Shown here: positions 44,273 to 55,923 of the stretch, piece after piece
Numbering within the stretch: position 1 is the stretch's first letter
How the letters are laid out: each line of letters begins with the position of its first letter
Assembly (NCBI GenBank): GCA_963813715.1
Contig: CAWFAK010000017.1
Location: forward strand, 640,001-704,000
Direction of reading: 5' to 3'
Source: an uncultured Planctomycetaceae bacterium
GTDB taxonomy: Bacteria; Planctomycetota; Planctomycetia; Planctomycetales; Planctomycetaceae
Length of the DNA: 64,000 bases
Position numbers and translations under genes: made by a program
The notes under the pieces: generated by a model
Seen by the model: only the letters and a program-made list of their open reading frames with translations
What the model was told of the DNA's origin: nothing
Database searches by the model: none

Positions 44273-45928
44273 TCAGTAGGCGTCCGGCACGGGTTCCGAC
44301 TTCTTGCGGTATTGACGCGTCGGCTTGTATTTGGCGTCGGGCAGCGTTTCGTAATCGACGACTCCGACGCGATTGGCCCACGCTTGCCACATGGCCTTCA
44401 GGCGGCGCACGTCATCCGGGCGCTGGGCGGCCAGGTCGTGCGTCTCCGGGCGATCGGCCTTCAGGTCGTAGAGCTGCCATGGCTGGCGGAACTGGGCGAC
44501 GAGTTTCAGATCGCCGTCGCGGATCGCACGGTTTCCCTCGTGCTCCCAGGCGAGCGTGCGAGGGACCGGCGCACGGCCTTCGAGCACAGGCACAAGGCTC
44601 ACTCCCTCCAGCGGCTTCAGCGTGCGTTCCTGAAAAACCTTCGGATATTCGACGTGCGCCAGCTCCAGACAGGTGGGCATCAGGTCGATGACGTGCCCGA
44701 CTTGTGACGTCCACGAACCCGGGTGCTTGATCATCCCGGGCCACGAGATGATCAACGGAGTCGAGATGCCCCCTTCGTGGACCCACATCTTGTGCTCGCG
44801 AAACGGCGTGTTGGCCGCGTTGGCCCAGCCGACTTCGAGGCAACGGTGCGATTCGGCGGTGCCGGTGACGCTTCCCGGTTTGTGCCCGCGCTTGGGATCG
44901 GGATAGGAGTCGAGCGCCTCGGCGCTAGCCCCGTTATCGGAGAAAAAAATCACGACCGTGTTCTCCGTCAGACCGGCTTGCCGAATCTCGTCCAGCACGC
45001 GGGCGATCCCGCGGTCGAGGCATTCGATCATTGCGGCATACACCGACATCCGCAGGTCCCACTCGTTCCGGTCGGCGGCCGGCGTCGCGTCCCAGGCCTT
45101 GGCGATCGGATCGCGCGGCGACAGATTCCATTGCGGATCGATCAGGCCCAACGATTTTTCCCGCGCGAATCGCTGCTTGCGCAATTCGTCCCAACCGGTT
45201 TTGTAGGTGCCGCGATGGCGATCGATGTCCGTCGGGTGCGCCTGCAACGGAAAATGCGGCGCCGTGAAACACAGGTGCAAGAAGAACGGGCGCCCGGCGT
45301 TTTCGCGCTGGTGCTGCCGGATCGCTTCCACGCCCCAATTTGCAAAGACGTCGGTGGCGTAGAAGCCGGGCCACGGCTGAATTTCTGTCAAATCGTCGTA
45401 GAGGGGATAGAGCTTGAAATAGTTGCCCCCGCCTCCCGTGCCGTGCGCATGATCGAAACCGCGATGGATCGGGTGGTTCCGCTGATCCTTCTGACCCACG
45501 CCTCCCACGTGCCATTTCCCGACGTGATACGTGCGATAGCCGTTCGCTTTAAGCAGTTCGGCGATCGTGGCACACTCTTCGTTGAGCCCGTGCGTGTAGC
45601 CGGGCGGGTGCCAGTCTTCGAGCATATGCCCAACACCCGCTTCGTGCGGATAAAGTCCGGTGAGGATCGCCGCCCGGCTCGGGCAGCAGCGGGCACAGTT
45701 GTAAAACTGCTTGAAGCGAATGCCGTTTTCCGCCAGGCGATCGAGCTCGCGCGTGCTGACCTCAGAGCCGTAGCAGCCGAGGTCGGAGAACCCCATGTCG
45801 TCCGCCACGATCATCACGATGTTGGGCCGCGGCTTGACCGGCTGCTCCTTGATCTGGGTCGTGCCGTTCAGCACGGCCAGCGCCATCACGCCGCCGGAGA
45901 TGACACGCAGCAAATAGGTCGGTAACAC
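44273..45928 (-). CDS. Arylsulfatase (Cys-type, formylglycine dependent)
   Basis: RPNIV.IVADDMG, CCPSRAAILTG, GKWH, APHFP, SDNG. Confidence 0.93.
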   Translation of the reverse strand: MLPTYLLRVISGGVMALAVLNGTTQIKEQPVKPRPNIVMIVADDMGFSDLGCYGSEVSTRELDRLAENGIRFKQFYNCARCCPSRAAILTGLYPHEAGVGHMLEDWHPPGYTHGLNEECATIAELLKANGYRTYHVGKWHVGGVGQKDQRNHPIHRGFDHAHGTGGGGNYFKLYPLYDDLTEIQPWPGFYATDVFANWGVEAIRQHQRENAGRPFFLHLCFTAPHFPLQAHPTDIDRHRGTYKTGWDELRKQRFAREKSLGLIDPQWNLSPRDPIAKAWDATPAADRNEWDLRMSVYAAMIECLDRGIARVLDEIRQAGLTENTVVIFFSDNGASAEALDSYPDPKRGHKPGSVTGTAESHRCLEVGWANAANTPFREHKMWVHEGGISTPLIISWPGMIKHPGSWTSQVGHVIDLMPTCLELAHVEYPKVFQERTLKPLEGVSLVPVLEGRAPVPRTLAWEHEGNRAIRDGDLKLVAQFRQPWQLYDLKADRPETHDLAAQRPDDVRRLKAMWQAWANRVGVVDYETLPDAKYKPTRQYRKKSEPVPDAY

Positions 45929-46293
45929 CGTTCTTCTCCCGCGCCTGCGGTGGGGTTGAGGGCACGCGCAAGTCTGGTGGCATTTTTCACGCGTCTCGTG
46001 TTTGGGATATCCCGTCCGCTTGCGGCTGTCCAGTCGCAGCCTGCGGACGCACGGTGAAATGTGCGTCTTTTAACGACTACTCGAATCGCGGCTTTGTGCA
46101 TCCCGCGGATTGCCGGCAGCGTTGACGTGCGCGGCCGGCCGTATGCGATCAGCGTCAGGCTTTTCCGCACGCGCGGGGATCGTACAATCAGGCCATCGCC
46201 GAGCGGCGCGTCCCGTGCCCTGCGGCAGAGACTGGTCGACGTCGACGACGTCCGGGGCCAGCGCAACCCCACTCCAGATGAGAGACTTTGACG

Positions 46294-48571
46294 ATGCACC
46301 GCCGTTTTCGTTTCAGCCTGATCGCCTTACTGGTCGGTTTTGGCGTCGCTCCGGCGCGGGGGGCCGACAAAGTGCGGCTGGAGAATCTGCTCCCGCAGAT
46401 GACCGACTTGTCGCTTTTGAGCGAATATCCCGATCCGCCCTACGTCACCAAACAGTTCAGCAGCTACGACCGGGCCAGCGAACATCCCGGGGTGGAAAGC
46501 TGGTTCGCGAACGGCGATCGCGGCTTCATGCTCTACGACGGCACGATCAACACGGATGTCCCGTTCTTCCATCGCCGTCCGGTGCCGGGGCTGCCCGAAG
46601 CTGGTCGCTTTACGAAGGGCACACGGGTCGGCATTGCGCCAACGCACAAGCCGGTTGATGGTTATGTGTGGGCCTACACGACCACCGCGGACGGCCGCGC
46701 GCAGGACGGCAAGATTCCGCAGGGTTACGTCGTGCGGTCCGCGATCGAGATGGATCGGCAGGGGCACGTGCTGGCTGAGATGGACGGGCCCGGTTGCGTC
46801 GTACGCATCTGGTCCGCCAACCCGAAAGACGCCGGCAGGATTCGCATCTATCTCGACGGGGCCGAGCAGCCGGTGATCGAGGCGAAACTGGAAGCGCTCC
46901 TGGCCGGCAAGTGGCAGACCACGATCGATGGCAAGGAGACGACCCCCTTCCCGGACCCGGTCGCCTGCGAGCGCTCGCGCGGCTTCACGCTCTACTTCCC
47001 GATCGCCTACGCCCGCCACTGCAAGATCACGGTCGACCGCCCGAACATCTACTACCACGTCGACTACCGGACGTATCCGCAGGAGACCGAGGTCGAAACG
47101 TTTACCCTCGAAGGATTGGCTGCGAGAATCCCGCCAAGTGCATGAGGTTGTCGAAGAAGCTACGCCGGCCTGCCCGCAAGGAGCCACCGGTGCTGCAGAC
47201 ATTCGGGCCCGCCACTCTCAAGCCCGGTGATTCAATGCGTCTCGGGCCCTCGAATGCGGACAGTCTTCAAGCGATCAGAATGATTGGGGCGCGGCTCAAC
47301 GCTGCCGGGCCTCCTGCAGAAGCCTGGCGCGGGGTCGTGCTCACGATGACGTTCGACGGAGCCCAAAAGCCCCAGATTTCGTGTCCGCTTGGTGATTTCT
47401 TTGCGACCAGTCCCGGTTTGCAACCGTATACATCGCTTCCGTTCGACGTGGGCGGATCGGGCTCGCACGACCTGATGAAGTCGTGGTGGACGATGCCGTT
47501 CGAGAAGTCCGTGGACATCGAGCTGCGAAATCTTGGCAAAGAGCCGGTCAAAATTGAATTCCAACTCGGGATTAGCCCGCTACCACTGGACCGATCGCTC
47601 CATGCACTTTCACGCGAAGTGGCGGACCGAGACGCTGCACACCCGCCCGTTTCGCGATTGGACGTATTGCGACATCAAGGGCAAAGGGGTCTTTGTCGGC
47701 GACATGCTGACCCTCGTCAATTCGGTGCGCGACTGGTGGGGCGAAGGCGACGAGAAGATTTTCGTCGACGGCGAATCGTTCCCGAGCTGGTTTGGCACCG
47801 GCAGCGAGGACTATTACAGCTACGCCTGGAGCGATCCGAAGCCGTTCCAGCATCCCTACCATAACCAGACCCGCTGCGACGGGCCGGGCAACCGCGGTTG
47901 GACGAGCGTCAACCGCTTTCACATTCTCGACAATATCCCGTTCGAGAAGTCGTTCCGCTTCGACATGGAGTTCTGGCACTGGAAGCCGAACATCGACGTG
48001 CCCTACGCCGCGACGAGCTATTGGTACGCGCAGACCGGGCGCCAAGGACGATTTTCACGAGCCCGATGCCAAAACGCTGCAATCGCTGCCCAAGGCCCCT
48101 CCGCCCGCTCAGGCGTATCGCATCAAAGGAGCGCTCGAAGGCGAGAAGCTACGAATCGCGAAGAAGAGCAGCGATTTCGACATCGATCCGCAGAACATGA
48201 CCGCCTTTGGCGACGGCAACTGGAGCGGCGCGAGCCACTTGTGGGGCCGCCCCGGCAAGGCCGGTGAGTGGGTGGACCTCGAACTGCCCGTGAAGGCGAC
48301 GGGTCGCTATGGCGTTGTCGTCTATCTGACGAAGGCTCGCGACTACGGTATTGTGCAGTTCGACGTGAATGGCAAGCCGCTCGGTGAGAAGGTCGACTGC
48401 TGCCACGCGAACGGCGTCGTCGCCACGGGAGCGATCGACCTGGGCACCGTCGAGCTGCAGAAAGGGACGGCCACGCTCCGAGTTCAAGTCGTGGGCACCA
48501 ATCCCAAGTCCGATGGCCTGCGTTACATGTGGGGTCTCGATTGCGTAGTCCTCAAGCCGGCCGAGCAGTAA
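46294..48571 (+). CDS. DUF2961/GH172-like secreted protein, 3 frameshifts
   Basis: Signal peptide, SSYDR, GPGCVVRIW, PLGDFF, WWGEGDEK, GTGSEDY; frames change near 47130, 47580, 48033. Confidence 0.8.
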
Positions 48572-48692
48572 CGGCGGTAGGTTTGGGCGATCAGGCTCGA
48601 ATGATTCACCCTCGATAGGTGTTAATCCGTCACACGGTTCGCGGTCGTGATTGAGGGCGCACTTCGCGACGTTTGACGTGAGGGAACTTTGG

Positions 48693-49735
48693 ATGCCTGG
48701 TGCACACTCTGGCTCGATTGTGATTGCCGGAGGGAGTGGGTTTCTGGGCGTCTCGCTGGCGACCTGGCTTGCGAACCGTGGCCGGTCGATCGTGATCCTG
48801 TCGCGCCGACCGCCCGCGCTTGATGGTCCGTGGCGGCACGTGCGCTGGGATGCGCGTCGCCTGGGAGATTGGGGTCGAGAACTCTCGGGCGCTGCGGGAC
48901 TGGTGAACCTCGTCGGTCGTAGCGTCGACTGTGCGAAAACTCCCGAACATTGCGATGAAATCCTCCGATCTCGTGTGGAGGCGACGCGCGTACTCGGGCA
49001 GGCTCTCCGCACCGTCGAGGATCCGCCGCCCGTTTGGGTGCAAATGAGCACGGCTCACATCTACGGCGATCCGCCGAAAATCACTTGCACCGAAGATTCA
49101 CCGTTCGGCTATGGGCTTGCGCGCCGTTCGTTGCTCAGGCATGGGAAGACGAATTTCGGGCCGGGCTCTTGCCGACGCAGCGCGGCGTGGTGCTGCGAGC
49201 GGGCTTCGTGCTCGGGCGGAATCGGGGAGTGGGCGACGGGGCCCTGGGCCGTTTACAAATGGTCGTGCGGCTGGGCCTCGGGGGACGCATCGGACTCGGC
49301 ACGCAAGGCATGAGCTGGATCCACGAAGCCGACTTGAACCGCCTATTCGAGCGAGGCCTGGACGATCCCGCCATGCAGGGAGCCTACGTCGCCTCGGGCC
49401 CCAATCCGGTTTCACAGCAGATTTTCATGGAAATCTTGCGGCGAGCGCTCGGCCGGCGTTTAGGTTTGCCTGCTCCCGCATGGCTCGTCCGCTTCGGCGC
49501 CCGGTGGGTTTTGAGGACCGATCCGGAGTTGGCGCTTTCTGGGCGCTATGTCGTCTCAAAGCGCCTGCAGGACGAAGGGTTCGCGTTTCAGTTTCCGCAC
49601 CTGAGCGGTGCGCTTGCCGACCTGTTGATGCAAACGCAGCCTTCGCCGTCGCCGGAACCTGTTGCACGGCACGATTTCCGCGACGAATCGCCCCGGAGCG
49701 GATCAGTTGATGGTTCGCTCCAGCGGCTCGGCTAG
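48693..49735 (+). CDS. TIGR01777/DUF1731 NAD-dependent epimerase family, frameshift near 49120
   Basis: [31 protein letters not shown]. Confidence 0.85.
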
Positions 49736-50725
49736 TTTGTGGAGTGAGGCGAGCAGCCGGTCGAAGCCGGCGAAGTCGAGAGATTGGGCTCCATCGGACA
49801 TCGCTCGATCGGGTTCGGGGTGAACTTCGATCAAGAGTCCGTCGGCGCCTGCCGCGAGGGAGGCGCGGGCCATCGCGGGGACATAGTCGCGCTTGCCCGT
49901 GCCATGACTGGGGTCGACCAGGATCGGCAGGTGCGAGAGGGCCTTGGCCGGGGGCACGACCGAGAGGTCGAGCGTGTTGCGGCTGTGATCCGAAAACGTG
50001 CGCACGCCCCGCTCGCAGAGGATGACTTCTTTGTTGCCGCCCGCCATGACGTACTCGGCGGCCATCAGCCATTCCTCCAACGTGGCGGCCATCCCCCGCT
50101 TCAGCAGCACCGGCTTGCGGGCCAGCCCCACCCTCTTGAGCAGGCTGAAGTTCTGCATGTTGCGGGTGCCGATCTGAATGATGTCGGCCGCTTGCTCGAC
50201 CGCGTCGGCGTTTTCGGTGTCCATCAACTCGGTGACGATGCCGATCCCTGTTTTCTTCCGCACTTTGGCCAGGATCTCGAGCCCTTCGACACCCAGGCCT
50301 TGAAAGGCATACGGGCTCGAGCGCGGCTTGAAGGCGCCGGCTCGAAGCAGGTTGACTCCGTGGCCGCGGAGAAACTCGGCCGTGCGTAGGATCATGTCCT
50401 CGTTTTCGACCGAGCACGGGCCGGCAATCATCGTGAAGGTGCCCGGGCCGATCGTCGTCTTCGTGTGGGGAATCTGAACATACGTGTCGGCCTCGTGCAT
50501 TTCGCGACTGGCCAGCTTGTACGGCTTCGTGACGCGGACGAGATCCTCGACGCCCGGCAGGACCTCCAGCGAGCGGGCGTCGATCGCCGTGTTGTTGCCC
50601 GTGATGCCGATGGCCGTCCGCGTCGGGCCGGGCATCGGATGCGGCTGCAGCTTCATCCGCTGAATCGCGGCGATCACCCGATCGATTTCTTCCGGGGTGG
50701 CATGGCTGCTCATCACGACAAGCAT
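49703..50725 (-). CDS. aroF: DAHP synthase (type I-beta, N-terminal regulatory domain)
   Basis: IAGPCSVE, GAFKPRSSPY, LCERG, DPSHGTG, IEVH, SDG. Confidence 0.95.
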   Translation of the reverse strand: MLVVMSSHATPEEIDRVIAAIQRMKLQPHPMPGPTRTAIGITGNNTAIDARSLEVLPGVEDLVRVTKPYKLASREMHEADTYVQIPHTKTTIGPGTFTMIAGPCSVENEDMILRTAEFLRGHGVNLLRAGAFKPRSSPYAFQGLGVEGLEILAKVRKKTGIGIVTELMDTENADAVEQAADIIQIGTRNMQNFSLLKRVGLARKPVLLKRGMAATLEEWLMAAEYVMAGGNKEVILCERGVRTFSDHSRNTLDLSVVPPAKALSHLPILVDPSHGTGKRDYVPAMARASLAAGADGLLIEVHPEPDRAMSDGAQSLDFAGFDRLLASLHKLAEPLERTIN

Positions 50726-50839
50726 GGCGATCGCTCCGGGCCGCGGGCGTGCGATGTGCGTCACCGCGGCTCGGCATTCAGAATACACGGCCGACGGAGG
50801 CCTTTGCAGTCGCCGCGAGATGCAACCGGTCGAATGGGA

Positions 50840-53800
50840 TCAAAACCGGGCGACGGCCAGCTTCCGACGCAGTTGGAGGACATACGCGTCGGGATCCATG
50901 AAGACGCGGTCGGGCTTGAAGGAGCAGTGAATCTTCACGTCTTTGGCCTCGCCGGCTCCCAGGTTCACAGTCGTGCGGGCATCCTTATAGTCCGGGTTCT
51001 CTTTGCCGTCCTTCTCGTCGAACCGCTCACCGGTTGCCGCGGCGACTTCGACCGTCATCCGACCGCTGCCGGAGTTCTCGACATGCGCGGTGACGTCCCA
51101 GACATCTTGATCGCCGGACTGCTTGCGCTCGGCGTTGGTCACGTGGTACTCGGGGACGACGACCTCGTAGAACCACTGCTTGACGAAGGCGTCGAAGGCG
51201 GGCTTGTCGGGGGCATAACGGCGCATGACCTCGATAAAGTCCTGCAGCACAGGGAAGTCCGGGCCATTGCGATATTCCTTGATGAAGGCCTGCAATCCGG
51301 CAAGCGCCTCCTTTCGGCCCATCTGATGCAACAGCATCCAGAAGACCCAGCCCCCCTTGTCGTAGGTGACGGTCGTGTCTCCGTTCTGCGTACCGTCGAC
51401 TTTCACCATCGGACGTTCGGAGTCCATGCGGCGGCTGGTTTCGTAGCTGTGCTCGATGCCTTTCAAGAATTCGATGCGCCCGCGCGGACCTTTGACCTGG
51501 TCGAAGAGCAAAGCGGTCGAGAAATGGGCCATGCCCTCGGAGAGGATATTGCCGCCGGGCCCCTTACCCGGCGTGAGGATATTGCCCCACCACTGGTGAG
51601 CCGATTCGTGAGCTGTGACCAAAAACGCGACCTGCGATACCGTGTCGCTCTTGGCCAGGAAGCCGATCCCTTCGGAAAACGTGATATCGGTCGCGAATCC
51701 CTGGGCGTAGCCGGCGATGTTGGGAAATTCACTGAGCTTCATTTCCTTCCACGGGTAGGGACAGAACCATTCGGAGTAATACTTGCGGGCCGCGTCGAGC
51801 GCCTCGGAGATCTCGTCGATGTTGTAGCCGTGGGCCGGATGATAGAAGACGGCCGTGTCGTGCCCGCGGCGCACGTCCCACTTGCCCGCGACGACGTTGA
51901 AGAAGCGCACCGGCTCGTCGCTGCGCCATTCGACGGTCCGTTTGCCGTCGGTCACTTCGTCTTTCACGAGCACGCCGATCGAATTGATCGTGTAGGCCTC
52001 GGGCGCGGTGATCCGCAAGTCCGTCTTGAAGGGGGCGCCATCGCCGAAGGCGGGATCGGTCTGTCCGACGTAGAAGTCGTCGGGATACTCCTTCGATTCA
52101 TAGCGGTTCTCCTTCTCGATTCCGACCTCCTCCAGGTAGCCCAGGACCGGGGCAATGCTGGGCGTAAAGCTAGTCAGCACGATGCCCGACGGGAGGATGA
52201 ACTCCATCCGGCCTTTGCCGTTCTCCGAGTTGCCCTTGGGGAATCGCCCCTCGCAAGAGAAGCCGATCCGCACCTTGCCGCCGGGGGGCAGCGCGGGCGA
52301 GAGCGTGAAGACGTAGAGCAACGAGCGGTTTTCGGGAGTGTACTCCTTCCCGTTCATCGTCCAATTGACATGTTCCCAATGATCGCCGGCCGTCAGCGGC
52401 ACCTGGCGCAGCGGCGTCTGCCGCTGGTTGACGATTTCGTAAGTGCCGGCCGAATGGAAATAATGACGTTCGGGATCGAGCGTCAGGTCGAGGTCGACGG
52501 CCGAGAGCGCCGGCTTCGGGATGTCCTTCCACGTCGCCAGATTCTTCCGCCAATAATCCTTCTGCGCCTTCTTCGCGGCCGCTCCCTCGAAGCCCTGATA
52601 AACCTGGGCATAGAGCGCCACGCCGGCGATCACGGGAACCGCGGCGTAGGGCAAGAGCTTGAGCCCGTACTTCAGCAGGGCGACCGGGTAGAGCCGCGTC
52701 CAAACCCGGCCCGGATCGACGTCGCGGCGGCGAAACAAGCCGACCGCGAGCACCGTGAAGAACACCGACAGCCCCAGAGACCATCACGCGGTTGAGGATG
52801 AGGGCCCAGCGGTCGAACTCCAGCACGCCCATGTCGGTCCAGTGGACGGAGCTCCAGATGAGCCAGTTGCCGACCCAGTTCATCTGCGTCGTCATCTGCC
52901 GATAGCCGGTGAAGATCAACACCCCCAGGCCGATTCCGTAGGTCGCTTCCCGGTTGTTGGTGAGCGAAAAGGCCGCAGTGACGAACGACGTCCACAAGAG
53001 AAACGTCGGCAAGAGCAAGACACCCCAGATCAGGGCAAACGGCCACAGCTGAAGCTGCACCTTTCCCTGCACCGCAATCACGATCAGACAGCCCACCAGC
53101 GTGGCCAGCACAATTGCCAAACCCACCAGGCTGTTGGCGAGCGCCTTGCCAAAAAGCAGCGCCGAGGTGCGAATCGGCGTCGCGTAATGGATCGACGCCA
53201 GGCCGGTCCCCTGCTCGCGCCGCACCGACTCGACGGTGTAGAACATGAGCAAGAGGCAAATCAAAAGTGTCAACGTGTTCATCGTGGCGACGGCCATCAT
53301 GCCGGGCGTCTGCAAGATCGGCGTGCCGAACGCCCCTTCCGCCAGGGTCGAGGTCCCAATGGTCTGCAAGAGAATCAACGGGACAAACAGGTAGAGCCCG
53401 GGCTGCGAGCGCAGCTCCCGTAGCTCGGTGCGGGCTACGAGCCAGAGGCTGCGCCAAAACGAGGGGACGCCCGAGCCCATGCCCAGAACGGCGACGGAGG
53501 CGGGGGCCGGTGCCGCGGCCGAGGGAACGGTCGACTCGGGCGCGGATCCTTTGCGCCGGCGCAAGACTTCGAGCCAGCTGCGAGCGGGACCGGCGGAGCC
53601 GCGGATCGTCCGGGTCAGGTGAAATTGCGCGAGGGCCACGGACCCGATCCCCACGGCGAAAAACACGATGCGGCTGGCGATCAGGCCGGCATCGAAGGGA
53701 ATGTGGGCCGTGTTATAGAAGTTGACTCCCCGATCGCCTTTGAGCCAGGTCTCGTTCAGCCACCGAAATCCGGACGGATCGATCAGCATCAGCACGCGGT

Positions 53801-54449
53801 TAATCCGCGGATCGAGCCACACGGGAGACCAGTCCCAGAGGAAAAAGCCGCACACGAGCAGCCCCGCGACCGGCAGCAGAAACAACAGGATGGGCCGCCG
53901 CGTCCACTCGCCGACCACGAACGACACGCCGGTAATGAACACGATCGTCGGCAGGGCAAAGACGACGGTCGGAATCAGATAATTAGTCAGCACGAAGGGT
54001 CCGCGAATTTCGAGCGACTTCTCGTTGGGCACGAAGTGGTTGCAAATGATCATGAACACGACGTGCGCGCCGAACACGACCAGAAACGCGGCGAGCACGG
54101 CCCCGAACTTGGCCCACACGTATTCGCCCACGGTCAGCGAGGAGGAGCGGAGCAAGTCGGTGATCTTCAACTCGTCGTCGCGGATCAGCGGCATGCCGGC
54201 CGCAACGGCGAGAAAGAATCCGTACCAGAGAAAAACCACGATGATCAGCATCTCGCCGACGGCGAATTCGGAGGTGACCCACGCCTTGGTGCCGCCCACT
54301 CGGCTGTCACCCGTGGCGATCTGCAGCGTCCCACTCGACAGCCCATACGAGGTGAATCCCAAGACCAGGATCAGGATCCAGAAGAGGGGCCGACGAAAGC
54401 TGTAGAGAAAGTCGAGCCGAAAGACCCGATACCAGCGAGCTGCGCTCAT
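50840..54449 (-). CDS. ABC-2 permease / M1 aminopeptidase fusion, frameshift near 52770
   Basis: Two multi-TM permease halves, then HESAHQWWG...SEG zinc motif and YDKG. Confidence 0.85.
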
Positions 54450-54532
54450 ATGTGCTTTTCGATTCGTGACTCGGGAGGCGGAGGGAACCGGTCAATTCAT
54501 CGTGGCGGCGATCAGGGCGGAACGCGGACCCT

Positions 54533-55447
54533 TCAATACGCCACGGGAGCGGGCGTACCGTTTGCCAGTTCGCCTCGCATGGTGAGCAAGTAAGCGTCTT
54601 CGAGCGTCGGTTCTGCCGGCGAAAATCCCGCGGGGGGATCGCCGTCGGGCTCGTAGATCCGGACGCGATTCTTTCCCTCGAAGAGCACGGCCTGCGTCAC
54701 GAACCGCGACCGGCGCAGGTTCTCGAGCTCCTCGGCGCTCACGCTGGCTTCATAGATCGTGTCGGCAAGACGATTGAGAGCCTCGCTCGGCGACGTCTGG
54801 GCGACGAGGCGTCCGTGGCGGATCACGGCAAACCGCGTGCAGAGTACGGCCACGTCCTCGACGATATGGGTCGACAACAGGACGATCCGGTCCTGGGCCA
54901 GGGCCGCCAGCAGATAATAGAAGCGGAGCCGTTCCTCGGGGTCGAGGCCGGCCGTGGGCTCGTCGACGATAATCAGCCGCGGATTGCCGGCAATCGCCTG
55001 GGCGAGTCCCAGCCGTTGCCGCATGCCGCCCGAATAGCCTTTCACTTTGCGCTTGGCGGCAAAGGTGAGATTTACCCGTTCAAGCAATTCGCCGCATAGG
55101 GCCTTGATCCCCTGCGGCGCCTGCACTCCTTTCAGCTGCAGCAGGTAGGCGAGCATTTTCTCGCCCGTCAGGTGCGGATAGAAGCCAAAATCCTGCGGCA
55201 GGTATCCGAGCTGCTTCCACAGCTGCTGGGGATTGTTGAGCACGTCCTGGCCATCGAGCAGGACTTGGCCGGACGTCGGTTCCAACAGCCCGGAGAGAAT
55301 CCGCATCAGGGTGGTCTTGCCGGCCCCATTGGGCCCCAGCAGCCCGAACATGCCGTTGGGCAGATCGAGGCTGACCCCCTGTAACGCCGTGACCGGACCG
55401 GGATAGACCTTTACGAGATCGCGAATAGAGAGCACGGGATGGCCCAA
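54533..55447 (-). CDS. ABC transporter ATP-binding protein
   Basis: GPNGAGKT, YSGGM, VDEPT, STH. Confidence 0.95.
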   Translation of the reverse strand: MGHPVLSIRDLVKVYPGPVTALQGVSLDLPNGMFGLLGPNGAGKTTLMRILSGLLEPTSGQVLLDGQDVLNNPQQLWKQLGYLPQDFGFYPHLTGEKMLAYLLQLKGVQAPQGIKALCGELLERVNLTFAAKRKVKGYSGGMRQRLGLAQAIAGNPRLIIVDEPTAGLDPEERLRFYYLLAALAQDRIVLLSTHIVEDVAVLCTRFAVIRHGRLVAQTSPSEALNRLADTIYEASVSAEELENLRRSRFVTQAVLFEGKNRVRIYEPDGDPPAGFSPAEPTLEDAYLLTMRGELANGTPAPVAY

Positions 55448-55923
55448 TTTTAAGGTTACGGCTGATCGGAACAGCCTGCGGGTCGCGAGCGAACGTATTT
55501 CGTTTGTCAGCGAATGTTCTTAGCTGATTCGGGTCGAAAATGCGAGATTTGCCGCGTTCTTGGCGGTCTCATCGTCACAGCCTCGCACGCTCGCCGAGCG
55601 GGAGTCGCTTGACCCAGTCACCGGGCGGCTGCCTGCCGCAGGCCAAAATCTGTGCAAACTCCCTTTGGTACATCGCTTGCACACCGTGGTGGGAATTCCC
55701 ACGTCGCCCGTGCGAAATGCACCAAACGGATGCTGCAACGAGTGGAGCACCAACCTCAGACCCGGCCATCTGCAAGTCAAGGTGGTTCAGCAGCACACAG
55801 CTCCGAGGGCCTGTCCTGAATTGCGGTCACAGGCGGAAGCGTTGGGGAACGGAGTGGCAAGCTGCGACCTCGCTGAACTGAGGAGAGTCGCAAAAGTCGA
55901 ACGACACCCGAGGATGATCAATC

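Noticed and set aside
55448..55923. Riboswitch/ncRNA in long intergenic regions (also 2954-3468, 5467-6021, 19247-19812)
   Set aside because: Only isolated hairpins; no consensus I could recognise. An Rfam scan would be needed.
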